Origin: Candidatus Hydrogenedentota bacterium
Lineage (GTDB): Bacteria > Hydrogenedentota > Hydrogenedentia > Hydrogenedentales > SLHB01
Assembly: GCA_045863335.1 (NCBI GenBank)
Contig: BTVY01000003.1
Location: 32,001 to 96,000 of the forward strand
Reading direction: 5' to 3'
Length of the DNA: 64,000 nt
The notes beneath the pieces are model-generated. The model worked only from the letters and a program-made list of their open reading frames with translations. It was not told the origin of the DNA and did not search any database. The first letter of the stretch is position 1. Each line of letters begins with the position of its first letter. This document shows positions 59,720 to 64,000 of this stretch, piece after piece. The position numbers and the translations under genes were made by a program.

Positions 59720-61506
59720 TACTCGTCATAGCTTGTCCGGATGTTGTACTCCCGGGCGAGGCCGCGCAGCTCCGCCAGCAATTCCGGCGTCTCACCAACC
59801 CGGGTCATCTCGCCGATGAGGTAGTAGATTTTCCGGAAGGCCCAGTTCCTTGCGATGTCTCGATCCCCGTGCTCGGCTTCGGCAAGATCTGCCCGGAAAA
59901 TCACCTCCTTTTTATCATCGCCGGCACTGCCCGTGAGACGGACGGCGAACTCGCGATCGCGAGCCGGATCGAAACGCCCGTACACGGTGAACGCCTGGCC
60001 GCGATAGAAGTCGGGGATCTGTTTCGGATACACGGAGGTCTCGTCGATACCACCAAAGTTGGCTGCGCAACTGACGAGAATCGGATCGTTGAGGTTTGAG
60101 AAGAAGCGGGGGAGTTCGCTCCCGATGGCTTCGAGTTGCGGCGTAAACGAGGCTTCTCCCCGATTCCGATAGGCGAGCAGGTCCAGCATGTGCTGATTGA
60201 TCGTGCGGCCTCCCGCAAAGGCGTAGATGCTGTAGTCCTGCTGGTTCTCCTCGGTCAGCGCGTTGATGAGCGTCCGGCCGTCTTTGATACCGGTGGTCGG
60301 CTTGCCATCCGACAACACCAGCGCGATACCGGGCACACCAGGCCGCGGCGGTTCGGCAATGACCGGGAGAATGCCCTTGTACACATCGGTTTCCCCGCGC
60401 GACTCCACGTTGGTCAGAAACTCTCGTGCAGCCCGCTTTTCCTCGTCCGAAGCATAGGTGAGGGATGGACGGAAAAGGGTGGGGGAGTCGCGAAAGATGA
60501 CGACATTGAAACGATCTTCGGGCCGCAATCCGGCGATGCAATCCCGCACGCCCGCCACGGTCTGGTCCAGTTTGCGCTGCAGAATGCTGTTGGACGCGTC
60601 GATGATGAAGGTCACGTCCTTGGGCAGCGGCGCGATGGACTCGCCCTCTTTCGGCACGATGCGCAGGCGGAAGTAACCTTCGCGTTCGCCCGGCGGCACG
60701 AAGGCGTCCACTTCCATCGTGACCAAGTCGTCGATGAACTCGAAATCACGATTGCGTTCGATAGCCTGCGTCACCGGCTCACGCGCCATTACTTTCTCGA
60801 TGGGTAACTCAGGCAGCGCAGGCAAATCGTCCTCCGGCGCGGGCGTCTCATCCATCGGCTCCCATGGTGGCGGAGCCACCAGACCCGGCTCGCCGGATCC
60901 CCCTTCCGCGCCTCCTCCTGCGCCGGGCATGGGGAATACGGATTGGGGCGCCAAGGGATCGATGAGCAGGGCTTGCTCGGGTTCCGTCGCGCCCGCGCCA
61001 CGCACCGTGGGCAATTCGCCTTCTTCGATGACGCGGGTCGAGCTGGGCGCCACCAGCCGCCGGGTCACTTCGATGTCTTGCCGGGCCACGTTCTGGGAGA
61101 TTTCAATGATCTTCGCGTCGAGTTCGTTAAGCAGGTCCAGGTCGGGCGCGGCACTGCCTTCCGATGGCGACGACTCCGCCGCCAACCGCTCCGATAATTG
61201 CGGGACAGGGACCGTCTGTTCGAGCAGGGAGCTATCCGGAACGAGCGGCTCAGGATCGTCCATGGGGGTATCCGTGATGGAACCCGGCCGCGTGCTAAGC
61301 GATCCCGTGCCTTCGTCGCCGGATTCGATCTGCTGCAACTCGGCATCGTCGATCAGCCGGACGCGGAACGACTGCAGGATGGATTCCGGAGACTCGCTCC
61401 GCGCAAGCAGGGGAACTTTCGGGGAGACCGCGATCAACAAGCCGTGCAATGCCAGCGATGCGAGTATACTCGCTACGAGCAAAGTTCTGCGGCTGACCGT
61501 ACCCAT
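59719..61506 (-). CDS. Membrane-anchored vWA-domain protein
   Basis: TM containing SLALH, Pro-rich linker, MIDAS DASNS..T..LSDG. Confidence 0.85.
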   Translation of the reverse strand: MGTVSRRTLLVASILASLALHGLLIAVSPKVPLLARSESPESILQSFRVRLIDDAELQQIESGDEGTGSLSTRPGSITDTPMDDPEPLVPDSSLLEQTVPVPQLSERLAAESSPSEGSAAPDLDLLNELDAKIIEISQNVARQDIEVTRRLVAPSSTRVIEEGELPTVRGAGATEPEQALLIDPLAPQSVFPMPGAGGGAEGGSGEPGLVAPPPWEPMDETPAPEDDLPALPELPIEKVMAREPVTQAIERNRDFEFIDDLVTMEVDAFVPPGEREGYFRLRIVPKEGESIAPLPKDVTFIIDASNSILQRKLDQTVAGVRDCIAGLRPEDRFNVVIFRDSPTLFRPSLTYASDEEKRAAREFLTNVESRGETDVYKGILPVIAEPPRPGVPGIALVLSDGKPTTGIKDGRTLINALTEENQQDYSIYAFAGGRTINQHMLDLLAYRNRGEASFTPQLEAIGSELPRFFSNLNDPILVSCAANFGGIDETSVYPKQIPDFYRGQAFTVYGRFDPARDREFAVRLTGSAGDDKKEVIFRADLAEAEHGDRDIARNWAFRKIYYLIGEMTRVGETPELLAELRGLAREYNIRTSYDE

Positions 61507-63845
61507 TATTGCCCCGTTTCACCCAATCGTTCTTTGGCTTTGGCGGCCTGTTCGCTGTCAGGGTAATCGCTGATAATCTCCCGATACGCAGATCGCGCCT
61601 GGTCCATCATCTCCAACTTCTCAAAGCATTGCCCCGAGCGCCACAGCGCTTCCGGGGACAACTCCGGGTGAAGGAACAGGATGGCGACTTGCATGTAACT
61701 GCGGGCCGCGCCATCGCAATCGCCGCGTTCCTCGTAGATCTCTCCGAGATGAAATCGCGCGCGCGCCGCGGTGTCGCCGGTATTCGTGTTAGCGACCGCT
61801 TCATACAGCGCGATGGCCTTGTCGACTTCTTTGCGGGCTTCCTGAAGTTCCGCCATCTGGAACCGCGCCTGTTGCGCCGCGCTGGATTGCGGCGCGGATT
61901 CCACGACGCCGTTGTACAAGTCAATGGCCCGTCCGGCGTCGCCCGCCTGTTGCGCGCACTCCGCGATCTTCAGCCGAATCCGCTCCGGGTTGGGGTAATC
62001 GGGAAAGGCTGTCAGCATCGCATCAAACGTTTTCTCAGCGCGTTCCCAATTACCTTGATCGTACGCGTGCTGCCCCAGCCAGAGGTAGGCTTGTTCATTC
62101 AGTCTCGTATCTGGAAACTCGGTAATCACCTTGAAGAAGGCGTCCGAGGCGCCATCGAAGTCCTTCGTGTCCAGTCGTGCCAAGGCGAGACCGCGAAGCG
62201 TCCGGCCCGCATAGGGGCTTCCAGGATCCACATCCAGGCCACGTTGATACGCTTCGATGGCACGAACCGGATCGGCCCCGGCATCCCGCCAGTAGTCGCC
62301 AATCCGCAGATGGGCTTCGGCCTTGCGCGGGGTCTCCGGGAACTTCTCGAGCAACCGCTGGTACGTTTCCGCGCAGGACTTGTAATCCTGGACATTGAAA
62401 TAGGCGTAGGCCAGCCGGTAGAGCGCATTCTCTTCGGTGGCGGGATCGGGGCTCCCCTCGAGAATACGCTGATACTCCGCGATCGCGTCGCGGAAGTTTG
62501 CGGCGAAGAAATTTGCGTCGCCCATGCGGATGACGGCTTCCTCCGCCAGCGGGTTATCAGGATACTTCTCCACGAACGCGGCGAAGACCTTCGCGGCCTC
62601 GTCCACGCGGCTCATCTGGGCCAGCGCTTCGCCCATCTTATACAAGGCTTCCGGCGCGAACTCGCTGTCCACGTACTTCTCCGCGACCAGACGGAACTCT
62701 TCGTACGCGTCCTCCCAGTTGCCTTCGGATGCCAAAATGGTCCCCCGAAGAAAGGCGGCGTCGCCAATGAGCGAGGCGTCGGTATAGGTTTCCAGAAAAC
62801 GCGAGACCTCGTTCTTCGCGCCTTCCGTGTCGCCCTTCAAGTAAAAGGCCCAGGCGACCTTGTATTGCGAGCGTGCCGCAAACTGCGATTCCGGATGAGC
62901 TTCCTGAATCGCGCGGTAGGCCGCGATGGCGTCGTCGTACTGCTTGAGTTGCTGCTGGCAATTGGCCCGGAGGTATTTGATACCCGGTACGTACTCGGAT
63001 TCCGGATACCTCTTGAGGAAGTCCGTTGCGGCGCCCATGGACCCCTCGTAGTTTCCCGCGCGGTACAACGCCCACGCGTACCCATAGAAGCCGCGCTCTG
63101 CGTATTTAGACTCCGGAAACTCGTCAACCAATTGGCGGTAGGCGGTCTGCGCGGCGTCGTGCCAGCCGATGCGATCGTAAGTTTCCGCGGCTTGAAAGCG
63201 GCTTTCGATGCGGAGCGTCTCGTCCACTTGCGAGTCCGCGACGGCAGCGAACTCGATAGCGGCGTTTTCAAAGTCGTTTCGGCCCGCGTGGACCAAGGCC
63301 AATTGATACCGCGCGTAGGGTACAAGCGGGCTTTCGGGAATCCCCTCGATCAGTTTCTGAAAACTCCCGAGCGCCGCGTCGTACTGTTGCTGATCCGATT
63401 GCAGTTTTCCCAGGTAGTACAAAGCCCCGGCGCGAATCGCCGTCGGGGACGATTCATCGACGAGCGATTGCAATGCTTCCGCGGCTTCTTGGTTGCGTCC
63501 CAGCCGGTACAACACTTCGCCGCGCCGCATGCGCACACGCCCCAGCGTCTCCGCGTCCAAACCGGCGGTCACCGCGCGGTCCAGCGCTTCCAAAGCAGCC
63601 TGATAATTGCCCGAGCTGTATTCGCTCTCGGCGAGTCGGTATAGCGCTTCTTTAACATGCGGTCCGTCCGGGAACTTCTCGATATACTCCCGGTACGCCT
63701 CAGCGGCCCATTGGAAATTGCCGCGCAGGAAGTAGCCATCGGCGAGATCGATCTGACCCTGATCGGGCGATTCGGCGAGGGCGCCGAATGACGCAGCTAC
63801 AGCGACGCCGATCATCAACACACGCCATGTGCGAAGGGTCTTCAC
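61506..63845 (-). CDS. Secreted tetratricopeptide-repeat protein (CpoB/BamD-like repeats)
   Basis: Signal peptide and many TPR units ending (F/Y)PES. Confidence 0.9.
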   Translation of the reverse strand: MKTLRTWRVLMIGVAVAASFGALAESPDQGQIDLADGYFLRGNFQWAAEAYREYIEKFPDGPHVKEALYRLAESEYSSGNYQAALEALDRAVTAGLDAETLGRVRMRRGEVLYRLGRNQEAAEALQSLVDESSPTAIRAGALYYLGKLQSDQQQYDAALGSFQKLIEGIPESPLVPYARYQLALVHAGRNDFENAAIEFAAVADSQVDETLRIESRFQAAETYDRIGWHDAAQTAYRQLVDEFPESKYAERGFYGYAWALYRAGNYEGSMGAATDFLKRYPESEYVPGIKYLRANCQQQLKQYDDAIAAYRAIQEAHPESQFAARSQYKVAWAFYLKGDTEGAKNEVSRFLETYTDASLIGDAAFLRGTILASEGNWEDAYEEFRLVAEKYVDSEFAPEALYKMGEALAQMSRVDEAAKVFAAFVEKYPDNPLAEEAVIRMGDANFFAANFRDAIAEYQRILEGSPDPATEENALYRLAYAYFNVQDYKSCAETYQRLLEKFPETPRKAEAHLRIGDYWRDAGADPVRAIEAYQRGLDVDPGSPYAGRTLRGLALARLDTKDFDGASDAFFKVITEFPDTRLNEQAYLWLGQHAYDQGNWERAEKTFDAMLTAFPDYPNPERIRLKIAECAQQAGDAGRAIDLYNGVVESAPQSSAAQQARFQMAELQEARKEVDKAIALYEAVANTNTGDTAARARFHLGEIYEERGDCDGAARSYMQVAILFLHPELSPEALWRSGQCFEKLEMMDQARSAYREIISDYPDSEQAAKAKERLGETGQ

Positions 63846-63846
63846 G

Positions 63847-64000
63847 TTATCGCGCTCCCTCGATCTCTTCCGTCAACGCGGCGAACGACACGTTCTGGAT
63901 GTCCGCGTTTCGGCAACAGTTGAGAATCGCGATAGCCCGGCCCAGGTTGGCGTCCCTGTCGCCGCGTACAATCACGGCGCCGCCGGGGAAGTTCTCGGCG
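63847..64000 (-). CDS. exbD: ExbD/TolR-family protein, C-terminal part
   Basis: AVIVRGDRDANLGRAIAILNCCRNADIQNVSFA; truncated by the window end. Confidence 0.75.
   Translation of the reverse strand, partial: AENFPGGAVIVRGDRDANLGRAIAILNCCRNADIQNVSFAALTEEIEGAR

Noticed and set aside
61509-63644. 711-aa plus-strand ORF, and similar long antisense ORFs over murC, pilT, cyclase and HD-GYP genes
   Set aside because: Typical high-GC antisense open frames with no motifs

Overview
GC-rich bacterial chromosomal window. Tat-secreted sulfatase/oxidoreductase, DUF1559-type prepilin-like genes and large sugar-hydrolase-like proteins suggest a Hydrogenedentota/PVC-like organism (inference). Core genes include a polyprenyl synthase, cardiolipin synthase, murC-ftsQ-ftsZ-pilT, an RluA enzyme, bacterioferritin and an exbD-TPR-vWA operon. 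The clearest accessory element is a complete type II-C CRISPR-Cas9 locus (tracrRNA, 1096-aa cas9, cas1, cas2, 45 repeats/44 spacers). It lies between tRNA-Arg(CCT) and a duplicated 3' half of that tRNA, next to a decayed tyrosine integrase. The most unusual signals are: (i) two tandem 42-44 aa ORFs that share the pilin-helix motif ILIGLLLPAIQ, one fused to a secretin-like motif and the other to a dockerin-like motif; (ii) two tandem cobalamin riboswitches ahead of a single prepilin-like gene, with a second prepilin-like gene in a LacI/sulfatase locus; (iii) a pair of paralogous Cys-containing MKH-leader peptides; (iv) a complete -35/17/-10 promoter inside every CRISPR repeat. All calls come from reading motifs by eye; no database searches were run.
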